This document shows, piece after piece, positions 25,681 to 35,028 of a stretch of DNA of 64,000 nucleotides. The notes under the pieces were generated by a model. The model was not told the DNA's origin, searched no databases, and worked only from the letters and a program-made list of their open reading frames with translations. The stretch's first letter is position 1, and each line of letters opens with the position of its first letter. The position numbers and the translations under genes were made by a program. Source of the stretch: a virus (taxonomy: Duplodnaviria; Heunggongvirae; Uroviricota; Caudoviricetes); the IMG/VR virus record IMGVR_UViG_3300020152_000001, positions 44,766 through 108,765 of that record, one strand, 5' to 3'.

Positions 25681-25923
25681 TTAAGAGGTCGGTCGCGTAT
25701 CGACGAAGGTATGGCCGTGCCGGCGCTCAACTTGGGCTTCGATACCCAGCGCACCCAACGCCGGTAAGAATTCAGGATGACGAAGAGCATGGCCTACCCG
25801 AAGGTCCGACAACGCGGCCTCATCGCCGATCTCTCGCGCGGTGAAGCCGTTCTCGGCGCCGTGCTCATCACACAGCCGCTTCAGCGCACGCGCAATGCGG
25901 GCTGCGTCTTCAGCCCGAGACAT
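25681..25923 (-). CDS. hypothetical protein
   Basis: 80-aa ORF. Confidence 0.4.
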   Translation of the reverse strand: MSRAEDAARIARALKRLCDEHGAENGFTAREIGDEAALSDLRVGHALRHPEFLPALGALGIEAQVERRHGHTFVDTRPTS

Positions 25924-26344
25924 CGGCGGCTTTCATCTCTGGGATCGAACGCAGCAAGAGTTCGCGTGCGAGAATGCCCTGCACGTCGCGGACATCGACG
26001 ATGCCAGAATTCCGAGAGTTCGCGGCGGCGATCGACGATAGGTGCTGCATCGTCTTCTCTATGCCGAGGTGGCGGGCGACGAGGCGGATCGTCGCCGGAA
26101 GGCTGTGCGTGTAGGTGTCGAGCATGCCCGCCCGCATCTTCTCAAATTGGCCGGGTATGTATGGATTCTCTCGGGAATACTCGTAGACCCAGTCGGCCTT
26201 GGGGGCGTTGGGTAGGAGATTCTTGCGAGAAAAGCCGTCGAAATGGATGGCAATGGCTTCGTCGATCCAGAACGCCGGCTCGTTGGGTTGTAGGCGATAG
26301 AGCGCGTGCTGCACTTCAGCAACTGAGGCGATTTTGTCGGTCAA
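25910..26344 (-). CDS. hypothetical protein
   Basis: 144-aa ORF. Confidence 0.45.
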   Translation of the reverse strand: MTDKIASVAEVQHALYRLQPNEPAFWIDEAIAIHFDGFSRKNLLPNAPKADWVYEYSRENPYIPGQFEKMRAGMLDTYTHSLPATIRLVARHLGIEKTMQHLSSIAAANSRNSGIVDVRDVQGILARELLLRSIPEMKAADVSG

Positions 26345-26468
26345 TCAAACCTCCCCTAAGGCCGCACGGATGGCGGCGTTGATGTCAAGCACGGCCATAT
26401 CGTAGCCCTGCGCCCAGGAGGTGGCTTCGGAATTACTGAGACCGTCAGGAGCCTCGCCGGGGTCGGCG

Positions 26469-26702
26469 TCAGTCTCCATGTAGTGCTTCAGCACTTCCAA
26501 GACTTTGTCCCGGACGTTCTTCGCCGCCGGGCTCTCTGAGATTGGCGTCACCTTGTCGCTCACCGTTTTCTCCCTCCCTCTTCTCGATAACACGAACCCC
26601 GTGTTCAGGGCAGTCCATGTGGTAGTGCGCCTGCATGCGGCCGTCTCGTCCGTAGACGATCATGGCCCGGTTCATCGGCACATCACGACAGATGCAAGTC
26701 AT
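26469..26702 (-). CDS. hypothetical Cys/His-rich small protein
   Basis: MTCICRDVPMNRAMIVYGRDGRMQAHYHMDCPEH. The 3' part overlaps the next ORF (26345..26593). Confidence 0.3.
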   Translation of the reverse strand: MTCICRDVPMNRAMIVYGRDGRMQAHYHMDCPEHGVRVIEKREGENGERQGDANLREPGGEERPGQSLGSAEALHGD

Positions 26703-26953
26703 GTGCGGCGCGGCCTCTTGATGCGATGGTCCTCAAGGTACGCGCGCATGTCTTCCTCTGACGTGACCTCAGACTTCATGTCGCTGCCGATCTCGATTTC
26801 GAAGCCAGGGCAGCGATCACGCACGCGCTCGACTCCTTCCTCGAATGTCGTCGTCCGAGTGCCGAGGCACCGGCAAACGTAGAGCGTGCCTTCGTCGCGA
26901 TAGATCGCGACAGCCGGACGCCCCCGGTAGCGAAATAGGCCATGAGGCTCCAT
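26699..26953 (-). CDS. hypothetical protein, first gene of leftward operon
   Basis: Start moved to ATG MEPHGL (26953). The track start lies inside a TGATAGTG promoter element. Confidence 0.4.
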   Translation of the reverse strand: MEPHGLFRYRGRPAVAIYRDEGTLYVCRCLGTRTTTFEEGVERVRDRCPGFEIEIGSDMKSEVTSEEDMRAYLEDHRIKRPRRT

Positions 26954-26962
26954 TGTCAGCTT

Positions 26963-26990
26963 CACTATCACGCCTTTGCGACGTTGTCAA
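26963..26990 (-). promoter_or_regulatory. putative leftward promoter TTGACA-N14-TGATAGTG (leaderless class)
   Basis: Near-identical copy at 56878..56905. Confidence 0.4.
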
Positions 26991-27018
26991 TTCTCTCTTG
27001 CGTTAACGCTCTTTTTGC

Positions 27019-27046
27019 TTGACGGCGATGTCAGTCTCCCTTACAA
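27019..27046 (+). promoter_or_regulatory. putative rightward promoter (TTGACG-N16-TTACAA)
   Basis: Within the 117-bp divergent intergenic region upstream of the rIIA-like gene. Confidence 0.35.
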
Positions 27047-27088
27047 CCGAGGTCACACAACGCAACAGACACGGAGAAAACGGGACAC

Positions 27089-29290
27089 ATGAAGTCGGCA
27101 GTTCTGGAAAAGCGCGAAGTCGAGGTCGGTGGCGCCTCTGAGATCGGTGAATTCACGATCGCGGCCAACGCCAAGGCCTTCCGCATCCTCATCGACGGCC
27201 TGTATTCCGACAAGCCGCGCGCCATCGTCCGTGAACTCTGGTCGAACGCCTTCGACTCCCACATCGAGCACGGCTGTGCCGATCGCCCGTTCGAATGCCA
27301 CCTCCCGACGCAATGGGAGCCCTTCTTCAGCGTCCGGGACTTCGGAGTCTCGCTGTCGCACGAAGGCGTGATGAAGCTCTACACCCGCGTTTTCGAGTCC
27401 ACGAAGGAAGACACCAACAAAGCCGTGGGCAAGTTCGGCCTCGGCTCGAAGACGTTCTTCGCCTACACCGACTCCGCTAACGTCATCGCTCGCAAGGACG
27501 GCCGCAAGCGCACCTACAACGCCTTCATCGCCGAGAACGGCAAACCCATGATCGTGCTCTTCGCCGACGAAGAGTGTGACGAAGAACAGGGTCTGGAGGT
27601 CTCGTTCTCGGTCAAAGTCCAGGACATCGAGAATTTCAAGCGCGCCGCCCGTATGACGCTGCCGGGCTTCGATGTTCACCCCATCATGACTGGCGCCGAA
27701 GTCGTCGCCGAGAGCCTTCAGACCAACATTGAAGGCACCGGCTGGCGACTGGTCCGCCCGAACAACCTCGTCCGCACGGCCGTAGCCCGCCAGGGCTGCG
27801 TGATTTATCCGATCGATCGCGGCGCCATGGCAGACGAAGCCCTCAGCTACACGCAGCTGGAGCTTCTGAACTCGCCGCTGTTCATCGACTTCCCGATCGG
27901 CGATGTCGACATCACCCCGTCGCGCGAAACCCTCTCCTACGACGACGCGACGAAGAAGAATATCGCCAAGCGTCTGGTCGAGATCGAGAACGAAATCGTC
28001 GGCCGTGTCGAAGTCGCTATCTCCGGTGCGAAGACGCTTTGGGAAGCGCGCCGCGAGCTGAATTCTGTCCTCGGCGAATACTCGCTGCCGTCGACGATTC
28101 GCGACTTCATCAAAGGCAACGCCAAGTGGCGCGGCGAAACCGTCGAACGCTACATCAAGGTCAAGTCGCGACCGTTCGCCGCCCTCGCGCACATTCGCTC
28201 GTATGAACTCCGTCGCCGCAAGTCGGAAATTCGTTTCGACGCGAGAAGCGACATCAGCCTCACCGTCGACGACGGCTTGGTCATCGTTTTCCAGGACGTG
28301 AACAAGCGCGTTACCTACCAAAACGCACGCTTGCGCGAGTTCATCGACACCCTGCCCTACAACAGCGATCGTTCGGTTCTGTGGGTCAAGGTCGACTATA
28401 CGAAGACCGACTACAAGCGCCTGCTCGTCGATCTCGGCAAGCCGCCGGCTAATGTCATCTACAAACTCGAAGACATGCCGGAACCTTATATCAACCGCGT
28501 CGCCGGCCCGAAGATCAAGATCAAACGCCTCGACTATTCGTCGTGGACGGAAGCCAACCATCAGCCCGAAGACGGCGGCATCTATGTCGACTTGAAGAAG
28601 AACGACATCATCCGCAAGGTCAAACGGCCGATCGAGCAAGTGAAGTACGAAGACGGCCAACCCGTCACCGACCCCGCCACCGGCGACTGGGTGTATGAGA
28701 CCGTCGTCAAAGAAGTCGAGACGCATGTCGGCGTCTACGAACTCAAGAACTTCATCGAACTCCTAGTGGCCCAGGGCGTGATGAAGGACGGCGACCAAGT
28801 CCTTGGCATCACCGCGTCCTACAAAAACATACCGACCAAGCACGCCGGCTGGAAAAACTTCTTCGATCTCCTGGACGAAAGCGTCGACACCAACATCGAC
28901 CTCAACCTCTTGGCGTCGGTGAAGGCCTATGATCCCGTAAAGCGTACACGCGCTTGGAACATTGCCGAAGAAATGCTGGACGCCGGCCTGCAAGTCACCG
29001 ATGGCCCGGCAAAGAAGCTCATGGCCGAGATCGAGTTCTATCGCGAACTCGTTGCTTCGGATGACGTGAAAAAGGCGGAGGCCGCGTTCAAGGTTCTCCA
29101 AGCCGTCCGTCCGCAAGACGCGGAGCTGCCGGACGCTCCGGAACCTTGCGAAGCCGAAATCTCAGCCTTCGAAGACGCATACCCCATGGCCATGGCCTTG
29201 GTGGAGGCCTCGTATGGTTCGATCTCGTCGGCGCAGCTGTCGATGATCGTCGATTACGTAATTCTCGTTGACAAACGTCAGCAAGTGTGA
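27089..29290 (+). CDS. rIIA: rIIA-like GHKL (Hsp90-type) ATPase
   Basis: LYSDKPRAIVRELWSNAFDS and VGKFGLGSKTFFAYTD match the Hsp90/GHKL N and G1/G2 boxes. 733 aa, followed by a partner gene, as in T4 rIIA-rIIB. Confidence 0.55.
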   Translation: MKSAVLEKREVEVGGASEIGEFTIAANAKAFRILIDGLYSDKPRAIVRELWSNAFDSHIEHGCADRPFECHLPTQWEPFFSVRDFGVSLSHEGVMKLYTRVFESTKEDTNKAVGKFGLGSKTFFAYTDSANVIARKDGRKRTYNAFIAENGKPMIVLFADEECDEEQGLEVSFSVKVQDIENFKRAARMTLPGFDVHPIMTGAEVVAESLQTNIEGTGWRLVRPNNLVRTAVARQGCVIYPIDRGAMADEALSYTQLELLNSPLFIDFPIGDVDITPSRETLSYDDATKKNIAKRLVEIENEIVGRVEVAISGAKTLWEARRELNSVLGEYSLPSTIRDFIKGNAKWRGETVERYIKVKSRPFAALAHIRSYELRRRKSEIRFDARSDISLTVDDGLVIVFQDVNKRVTYQNARLREFIDTLPYNSDRSVLWVKVDYTKTDYKRLLVDLGKPPANVIYKLEDMPEPYINRVAGPKIKIKRLDYSSWTEANHQPEDGGIYVDLKKNDIIRKVKRPIEQVKYEDGQPVTDPATGDWVYETVVKEVETHVGVYELKNFIELLVAQGVMKDGDQVLGITASYKNIPTKHAGWKNFFDLLDESVDTNIDLNLLASVKAYDPVKRTRAWNIAEEMLDAGLQVTDGPAKKLMAEIEFYRELVASDDVKKAEAAFKVLQAVRPQDAELPDAPEPCEAEISAFEDAYPMAMALVEASYGSISSAQLSMIVDYVILVDKRQQV

Positions 29291-29347
29291 CATCTAGGCT
29301 CAACCCAGGGGCTTCGGCCCGCAGAAAACGGAGGCAATGCGGCTACA

Positions 29348-30679
29348 ATGGCAAGTCTGAATTACACGATCACCCCGAGGTCGATCAACGTCCTCGTCGA
29401 CGGGCGTCCTCGCGCCGTCGATGCGTCGTCCCCCAACTTCGAGCCGCTGAAGGCCGAGCTGAAGAAGGGCGTCGAAGCCAGCCTCGATGTCATCCGTGAA
29501 CTCGCCGATCTGCCGCGCTTCCTTGCGCTCTCCACCGCCGGCCGCGTTCAAGTCGGCGGCGAAGAAATCCGCTTCGATGGCAAACCCATCGCCGGCATCT
29601 ACGTCGACCAAACGTTGGCGCTGCTCCGCGAAGGCTTCGACATCGCGGCGCTGGCCCACTATCTCGACAAGCGCGAGCAAAACCCCAGCGTCAAAGCTCG
29701 CGAAGAACTCGACCTCTTCCTGCAGTCGGGCAACTTCGTGCTGACGCCGGACGGCGACATCCTCGCCTTCAAAAAGGTCAACGACGACTACACGTCGTAC
29801 CATCGCGACCCCAGCGGTGAGCCCGTCTACAACCGCATCGGCGACAAGCCGTCGATGCCGCGTGAAACCGTGGACCCGAACCGCAGCGCCACGTGCTCGC
29901 GTGGTCTTCACTTCTGCTCGTTCTCCTACCTGCCGCACTATTACGGCGGTCAGGGCCGCGTCGTCATCGTGAAGATCAACCCCGCCGACGTGGTGTCGAT
30001 CCCGCATGACTACAACAACTCGAAGGGCCGTGCATGGACCTACGAGGTCGTCGGCGAAGTGCCGGAAGACGAGGCCTCGAAGTTCTTCGACGGCCGTCCG
30101 CTGGTCAGCGACTACAATGGCTCCGGCGCCGCGTTCGATGACGACGATGACAGCGAATTCTTCGGCGAAGACGGCTCCGACAACAGCGACGACACCTCCC
30201 CCGAGGCCATCGCCGCGATCATCGGTGAATTCACGGAAGAGCGCTATGGCGACTTCTACCCGGAAAACATCGACACCATTCTCGACGAAGACCGCGACGA
30301 GGATGAACGCCGCGAGGCCCTGAAGGACCTCTTCGGCAGCGACTGGGGCGCGACGCCGCAAGGCTACGAGTTCTGGGACGCCATCGACGATGAGCTGCTC
30401 TATACGACGCTCTCGGACAAGTCGATCGCCGTGCTCGAAGGCCTGCGTGACGCCGCCGCTGCGGCCATCGCCAACGCCGGCGCCGATGGCGGCGACGACA
30501 ATGACGGCGGCTCCGAAACCGTCCTCGTCTTCAAGACCAAAGACGGCCGTCAGTTCACCGCCGACGAGATCAAGAAGATCGTCGAAGAGCACGGCTATCG
30601 CGGTGGCTTCCGGAACTCCGGCATCCCCGAGTCTACTCTGCGCGGCTGGATGTCCCAAATCCGCGAGGCCGCAAACTAA
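29348..30679 (+). CDS. rIIB: rIIB-like protein (443 aa)
   Basis: Position and size relative to the GHKL gene. Acidic low-complexity middle region. Assignment by synteny only. Confidence 0.35.
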   Translation: MASLNYTITPRSINVLVDGRPRAVDASSPNFEPLKAELKKGVEASLDVIRELADLPRFLALSTAGRVQVGGEEIRFDGKPIAGIYVDQTLALLREGFDIAALAHYLDKREQNPSVKAREELDLFLQSGNFVLTPDGDILAFKKVNDDYTSYHRDPSGEPVYNRIGDKPSMPRETVDPNRSATCSRGLHFCSFSYLPHYYGGQGRVVIVKINPADVVSIPHDYNNSKGRAWTYEVVGEVPEDEASKFFDGRPLVSDYNGSGAAFDDDDDSEFFGEDGSDNSDDTSPEAIAAIIGEFTEERYGDFYPENIDTILDEDRDEDERREALKDLFGSDWGATPQGYEFWDAIDDELLYTTLSDKSIAVLEGLRDAAAAAIANAGADGGDDNDGGSETVLVFKTKDGRQFTADEIKKIVEEHGYRGGFRNSGIPESTLRGWMSQIREAAN

Positions 30680-30721
30680 GTCTCCCAGAGGCGGTTAGCT
30701 CCCGTTTCCGCCTCCAAACTA

Positions 30722-30762
30722 GCCGGCGGGCCCGCGCCCGCGTCGCCCGCCGGCTCTTTTCT
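30722..30762 (+). terminator. rho-independent terminator
   Basis: Perfect 10-bp GC stem GCCGGCGGGC / GCCCGCCGGC followed by TCTTTTCT. A second hairpin (GAGGCGG...CCGCCTC) lies just upstream at 30687-30713. Confidence 0.6.
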
Positions 30763-30772
30763 AAGGATCGAA

Positions 30773-31282
30773 ATGCCCGTCAACAAGCTCAAGCTCGTGC
30801 CCGACTCCGACCCCGTGCTTCACCAGCCGGCGCCGGAAGTCGCGATTACGGGCTCGCAGCTTCGCGGTGGTAAGAGCTATCCAGACTTCGGCGCTGAAGT
30901 CATCGCCGAACTCAGCGACATGTACGACCTCATGAAGATGCAGCGTGCGATCGGAATCGCCGCGCCTCAGGTCGGACTGGCCAAGCGCATGTGCATCGTC
31001 GCCGTGGGTCACGACGTTCATTTCATGATCAACCCCAAGATCACGTTCTCGTCGGGGATCAAGCAGACGGCGCTAGAAGGCTGCCTCTCCTACCCCGGCC
31101 AACAAGCCAAGGTGTCGCGTTCACTCTCGCTCGTCGTCGAGTTCTACGATCGCTCTGGCATCTTCCACAAATTGCGAGCGCAGGGTTTGCTTGCCCGCTG
31201 CATCGCACACGAGGTCGACCACCTCGACGGCATCGTCATGCACGATCGCGTCAGCGTGGCTGACAAGCGTCAGGCAAGCTAA
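30773..31282 (+). CDS. def: peptide deformylase
   Basis: All three PDF motifs are present: GIAAPQVG, EGCLS, HEVDHLDG. Confidence 0.9.
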   Translation: MPVNKLKLVPDSDPVLHQPAPEVAITGSQLRGGKSYPDFGAEVIAELSDMYDLMKMQRAIGIAAPQVGLAKRMCIVAVGHDVHFMINPKITFSSGIKQTALEGCLSYPGQQAKVSRSLSLVVEFYDRSGIFHKLRAQGLLARCIAHEVDHLDGIVMHDRVSVADKRQAS

Positions 31283-31303
31283 GCAGTAAAGGAAGAAAGC
31301 AAC

Positions 31304-32722
31304 GTGGACCTAGGTCTTCTCACTTTGATCGTCCTCGCCGTGTTCGGCGTCGTCGGATTCGTCGCCGTGGTGCTCGCATTCGCGTGGCGTCGCGTCGTCC
31401 CCACCAACATGGTGCATATCGTCCAGTCTCGGACGAAGACCACAAGCTACGGCACCAATCTGCCGAGCGGCAACGTCTACTACAAGGTCCCGGCCAGCAT
31501 CCCGTTCTTCGGCGTGCTCGTCCGTGAACTCCCGACTTCGAACTTCGACATCAAGCTCGATGCCTACGACGCCTACGACAAAGATCGCGCGCCATTCTTG
31601 CTCGACCTCATCGGCTTCTTCGTCATCGAAGACACGAACAAGGCGGCCGCGAAGGCCGAGAGCTTCGATAGGCTCGTTGCCCAGCTGAAAGACATCATGC
31701 GCGGCGCCGCCCGGACGGTGCTCGCCAAGCATGAAGTCAACGAAATCATGGGCGACCGTGCGACTTTCGGCAACGCGTTCACGCATGAAGTCGACGACGG
31801 CCTGAAGGAATGGGGCGTTCGTTCCGTCAAGTCGATGGAACTCATGGACATCCGAGACGCCGCCGGCTCGAAGATCATCGCCGACATCATGGCGAAGAAG
31901 GCCTCGGCGATCGAAATGGACTCGCGCAAAACCGTTGCCGAGAACAAGAAGCAAGCCGAGATCGCGGAGATCGAAGCCGACCGCGAAGTCGAACTGCAAG
32001 AGCAAGACAAGCTCCAGAAGGTCGGCGAACGCACGGCCGGCCAAGAGCAAGCGGTTGGCATCGCCAAGGAAGCGGCGCAGCAGAAGATCAAAGAAGCTGC
32101 GGCCGAGACCATGCGCAAGCAGAAGGCCGTCGAAGAAGTCGAGCGTGTCCGCACGGCTGAAATCGACAAAGCAGCCGCGCTCGTGATCGCCGAAGAGCAG
32201 AAGCAAGTCGCGATCATCGCCGCCGACGCCGCGAAGGCCACCGACATCGTCCGCGCCGAAGGCGAGAAGCAGCAGACGGTGCTGCGCGCCGAAGGTCAGC
32301 TGGAAGAAGCCCGCCGCGAAGCCGATGGCATCCGCGCCAAGGGCGAAGCCGAGGCCGAAGCCAAGCGTCTGCTGGAAATGGCACGCGTCGCCCCCGAGCT
32401 GGAACTCGCGGACGGCCTCGCCAAGGTCGCAGGCTACACGGACTACCTCCAAGCGCTCGCGGCCATCGCCGCTGCGAAGGAAGTCGGCGTCGCCAACGCC
32501 GGCGCCCTCGAAAAGGCCGACATCCAGGTCTTCGCGAACTCTAACGACGCTGCTCAGTCTCTGGGCTCGATCGGCGACCTGTTGGGCACCGGCGGCGGCA
32601 TCAAAGTCGGCGCACTGCTGGAAGGCCTCAAGGCCACCGACACCGGCCGCTTGCTGCTTGGCAAGCTTCTGGGCGAGACCGCAAACGATCGCGATCCCGT
32701 CGCTCCGGCCAAGTCCGCATAA
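31304..32722 (+). CDS. SPFH/Band-7 flotillin-like membrane protein
   Basis: N-terminal TM, an SPFH-like region, then a long Ala/Glu/Lys coiled coil. GTG start behind aaaggaagaaagc. Confidence 0.7.
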   Translation: MDLGLLTLIVLAVFGVVGFVAVVLAFAWRRVVPTNMVHIVQSRTKTTSYGTNLPSGNVYYKVPASIPFFGVLVRELPTSNFDIKLDAYDAYDKDRAPFLLDLIGFFVIEDTNKAAAKAESFDRLVAQLKDIMRGAARTVLAKHEVNEIMGDRATFGNAFTHEVDDGLKEWGVRSVKSMELMDIRDAAGSKIIADIMAKKASAIEMDSRKTVAENKKQAEIAEIEADREVELQEQDKLQKVGERTAGQEQAVGIAKEAAQQKIKEAAAETMRKQKAVEEVERVRTAEIDKAAALVIAEEQKQVAIIAADAAKATDIVRAEGEKQQTVLRAEGQLEEARREADGIRAKGEAEAEAKRLLEMARVAPELELADGLAKVAGYTDYLQALAAIAAAKEVGVANAGALEKADIQVFANSNDAAQSLGSIGDLLGTGGGIKVGALLEGLKATDTGRLLLGKLLGETANDRDPVAPAKSA

Positions 32723-33117
32723 TGCGGAGCCTCGGCTGCCTCATCGCCGGTGCGCTGGCCCTGATCACTTTGATCGGGGCCAGCATCTGGCTCGAATACG
32801 CGACGGTCGACTACGAATACGTCACCGTCCATCGCGAGCCTCAGCGAGAATGCCATACGTCGGTGTCCTCCGACTCCAATGGCAACACGTCTTCGTCGAC
32901 CTCTTGCCACTGGAAGGTCTACACGGACGGTGAAGTCTTCAAGCTAACCGACTCCCTGCTCTTCTGGCAGTTCAATTCCGCCGACATCGCGAACGAGCTT
33001 CGCCCAGGCCGGAGCTATTGCCTGAAGGTCAACGGCTGGCGCGTCGGCTGGCTTTCGATGTTCCGAAAGGTCATCCGCATTGAGAGCGACACCTTCCAAT
33101 GTGGGGTGCCGCGCTGA
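32722..33117 (+). CDS. membrane-anchored small protein (possible NfeD-like partner)
   Basis: N-terminal TM, then a beta-rich domain. TAATG coupling to the flotillin gene. Confidence 0.4.
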   Translation: MRSLGCLIAGALALITLIGASIWLEYATVDYEYVTVHREPQRECHTSVSSDSNGNTSSSTSCHWKVYTDGEVFKLTDSLLFWQFNSADIANELRPGRSYCLKVNGWRVGWLSMFRKVIRIESDTFQCGVPR

Positions 33118-33322
33118 TGGCCTCCGTCGTCCGCCTCCAGATCACGCATGGTCACAGTGTCGTCACCGACATCAGTGGCAGCGGCCAGCAAGCCAGTCCG
33201 CACCTCCAGCGTTGCGGAGAACTCGTCCACGCGGCGCGAACACTGGGCCTGAACTACGCGCTGACTGAAGACGACGAACCCCGCAACGACGAGTGGCTCA
33301 TGTGGGCGAGGTGTGACCGCTG

Positions 33323-33715
33323 ATGCCGATCATCACCCAACATCGCTACTACCGCAGTGACGCCCAGCGCAATCGCGGCGTCCTCTACGTCTTCGGCGAC
33401 AACGTTGCCCGTGAGGGCTACGGTGGTCAGGCGAAGGAAATGCGTGACGAACCCAACGCAGTCGGTGTCCGCACGAAGGTTGCGCCGACGATGCGGCCGA
33501 ACGACTTCTTCAGCGACAGTTACTATGACGACGCCGTCGCCATGATCGAAGACGACTTACGCCGCGTCGTCGATCACCTGGAGAAAGGCGGCATCGTCGT
33601 GTTGCCGGCGGACGGCCTCGGCACCGGCCTCTCCGAACTCCCGACGCGGGCTCCGCGCATCCACGCCTACCTCGAAGCCCGGCTCCAGAAACTCATCGAC
33701 GACTACGATCTATGA
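33323..33715 (+). CDS. hypothetical protein
   Basis: 130-aa ORF. Motif VLYVFGDNVAREGYGGQAKEMR. Confidence 0.45.
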   Translation: MPIITQHRYYRSDAQRNRGVLYVFGDNVAREGYGGQAKEMRDEPNAVGVRTKVAPTMRPNDFFSDSYYDDAVAMIEDDLRRVVDHLEKGGIVVLPADGLGTGLSELPTRAPRIHAYLEARLQKLIDDYDL

Positions 33716-34191
33716 ACCTGCTTCGCGACATCATACAGTGGACGAACGCCGCGTTGGCGGCGTGCTTGATCACGCTCAACGTCTACTTGATCGCGAATTC
33801 GATCCCGATGCCGGATTGGTTCGCACCGATGTCGTATCTTCTCGTCGGCGCCATCACGGCGCGGCTCTACGTCCGCTATTGGAAGCCAGACGACTCCAGC
33901 GACGGCGTCGCGGGTCTCGTGGCCATCGTCGGCTGGTGGGTGATTTGGTACTTCGTCATCGCTGGCTCTCTCATGTGGTTGGTGACGACGCTGGCGCGGT
34001 TCGTTGGGTGCTGCCTCGGCGGTGAGGCCGCGTTTCGTAAAGAACAATACAATTGGGAGCCTGCGTGGCTCCGAGACTTCATGCAACGTCAGCTGACGAA
34101 GCACTACCTTCGCCGCATTCGCCGCGAGGAAGCTAAAGCCTGGGACGCAGAAATAGCGCGGCGTAACGCCGAAGAGGCGAGCAATGTCTGA
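33712..34191 (+). CDS. hypothetical polytopic membrane protein
   Basis: 3-4 predicted TM helices. ATGA coupling. Confidence 0.45.
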   Translation: MNLLRDIIQWTNAALAACLITLNVYLIANSIPMPDWFAPMSYLLVGAITARLYVRYWKPDDSSDGVAGLVAIVGWWVIWYFVIAGSLMWLVTTLARFVGCCLGGEAAFRKEQYNWEPAWLRDFMQRQLTKHYLRRIRREEAKAWDAEIARRNAEEASNV

Positions 34192-34295
34192 AGAACTGAT
34201 CAAGCGCATCTGCACCACGATCATGGTCCTGGCGCTGCCGGCCTCATGCACTGTCATGGAGGTGAAGCGTCTCGAAACCGTCGCGGAGATATACG

Positions 34296-34568
34296 ATGCC
34301 CGGCGGTAACACCTACGCCGCCTGCGCCAGCTATTTGCAGGACCTCGATTGGTACTGCATCGCTGCAGCCGGCAATCAGACTCTCTGGCAGCATGACGAC
34401 GAACCCAGCACCTGGGTGAAGCTGCACACGTCAGGCCATTGGGACATCCAAGACGACAACGAACCGCCAGCCGACCGTCCGGGCTGGACTGCGTATGAGT
34501 GCGGCGAAGGCGTCGACGACCTTCGCCAACGTCTTGCTAATCACATGGTATCCCATGCCCCTGCCTGA
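34296..34568 (+). CDS. hypothetical protein
   Basis: 90-aa ORF. Confidence 0.35.
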   Translation: MPGGNTYAACASYLQDLDWYCIAAAGNQTLWQHDDEPSTWVKLHTSGHWDIQDDNEPPADRPGWTAYECGEGVDDLRQRLANHMVSHAPA

Positions 34569-35028
34569 ATGCTCCGTAACTCGGAACGAGTTCAACATTC
34601 GTCGCGAAGCTTCGAAGAAGACTCCGCTGGGTTTCGTCCAAGAACTCCTAGCGCTTTGCGCCAAAGGCGTGCGCTATCGTCCGGAGAGCTTCGCCATACT
34701 CGCGAACGAAGTAGAAAAAGCGGACAAGCGGACTCACGTTTTGGAGCTACGCGCAACTCACGGGCGTTTGACCGACTCTGAATACAACGATGCCGGCCGC
34801 CCTGGCGGATGGCGTTGGCTTCATGGCGTCCGCATGTGGGCCCGTATTCCCGATACCGGCCCCATTGAACTCGGGGACCATCGTCAGGCGCCTGAGCGCG
34901 TAGTCTCGGCGATCATCGCCGACCTCAACGATCGCGGCGGTCTCGGCATCGACGGTCTCGATCGCGAGACCCAAGACGAAATCCGCGCCACTTGGGCAAA
35001 AATCGTGGAAGAGCAGTTTGGCGGCTGA
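34495..35028 (+). CDS. hypothetical protein (start uncertain)
   Basis: ORF in operon. Overlaps its neighbour. Confidence 0.35.
   Translation: MSAAKASTTFANVLLITWYPMPLPECSVTRNEFNIRREASKKTPLGFVQELLALCAKGVRYRPESFAILANEVEKADKRTHVLELRATHGRLTDSEYNDAGRPGGWRWLHGVRMWARIPDTGPIELGDHRQAPERVVSAIIADLNDRGGLGIDGLDRETQDEIRATWAKIVEEQFGG

Noticed and set aside
27053-28726. 557-aa minus-strand ORF spanning the rIIA-like gene
   Set aside because: Antisense to a gene with clear GHKL motifs. Composition (D/V/A/L/G-rich, no motifs) is typical of GC-rich antisense frames.
31310-32452. 380-aa minus-strand ORF
   Set aside because: Antisense to the flotillin-like gene.
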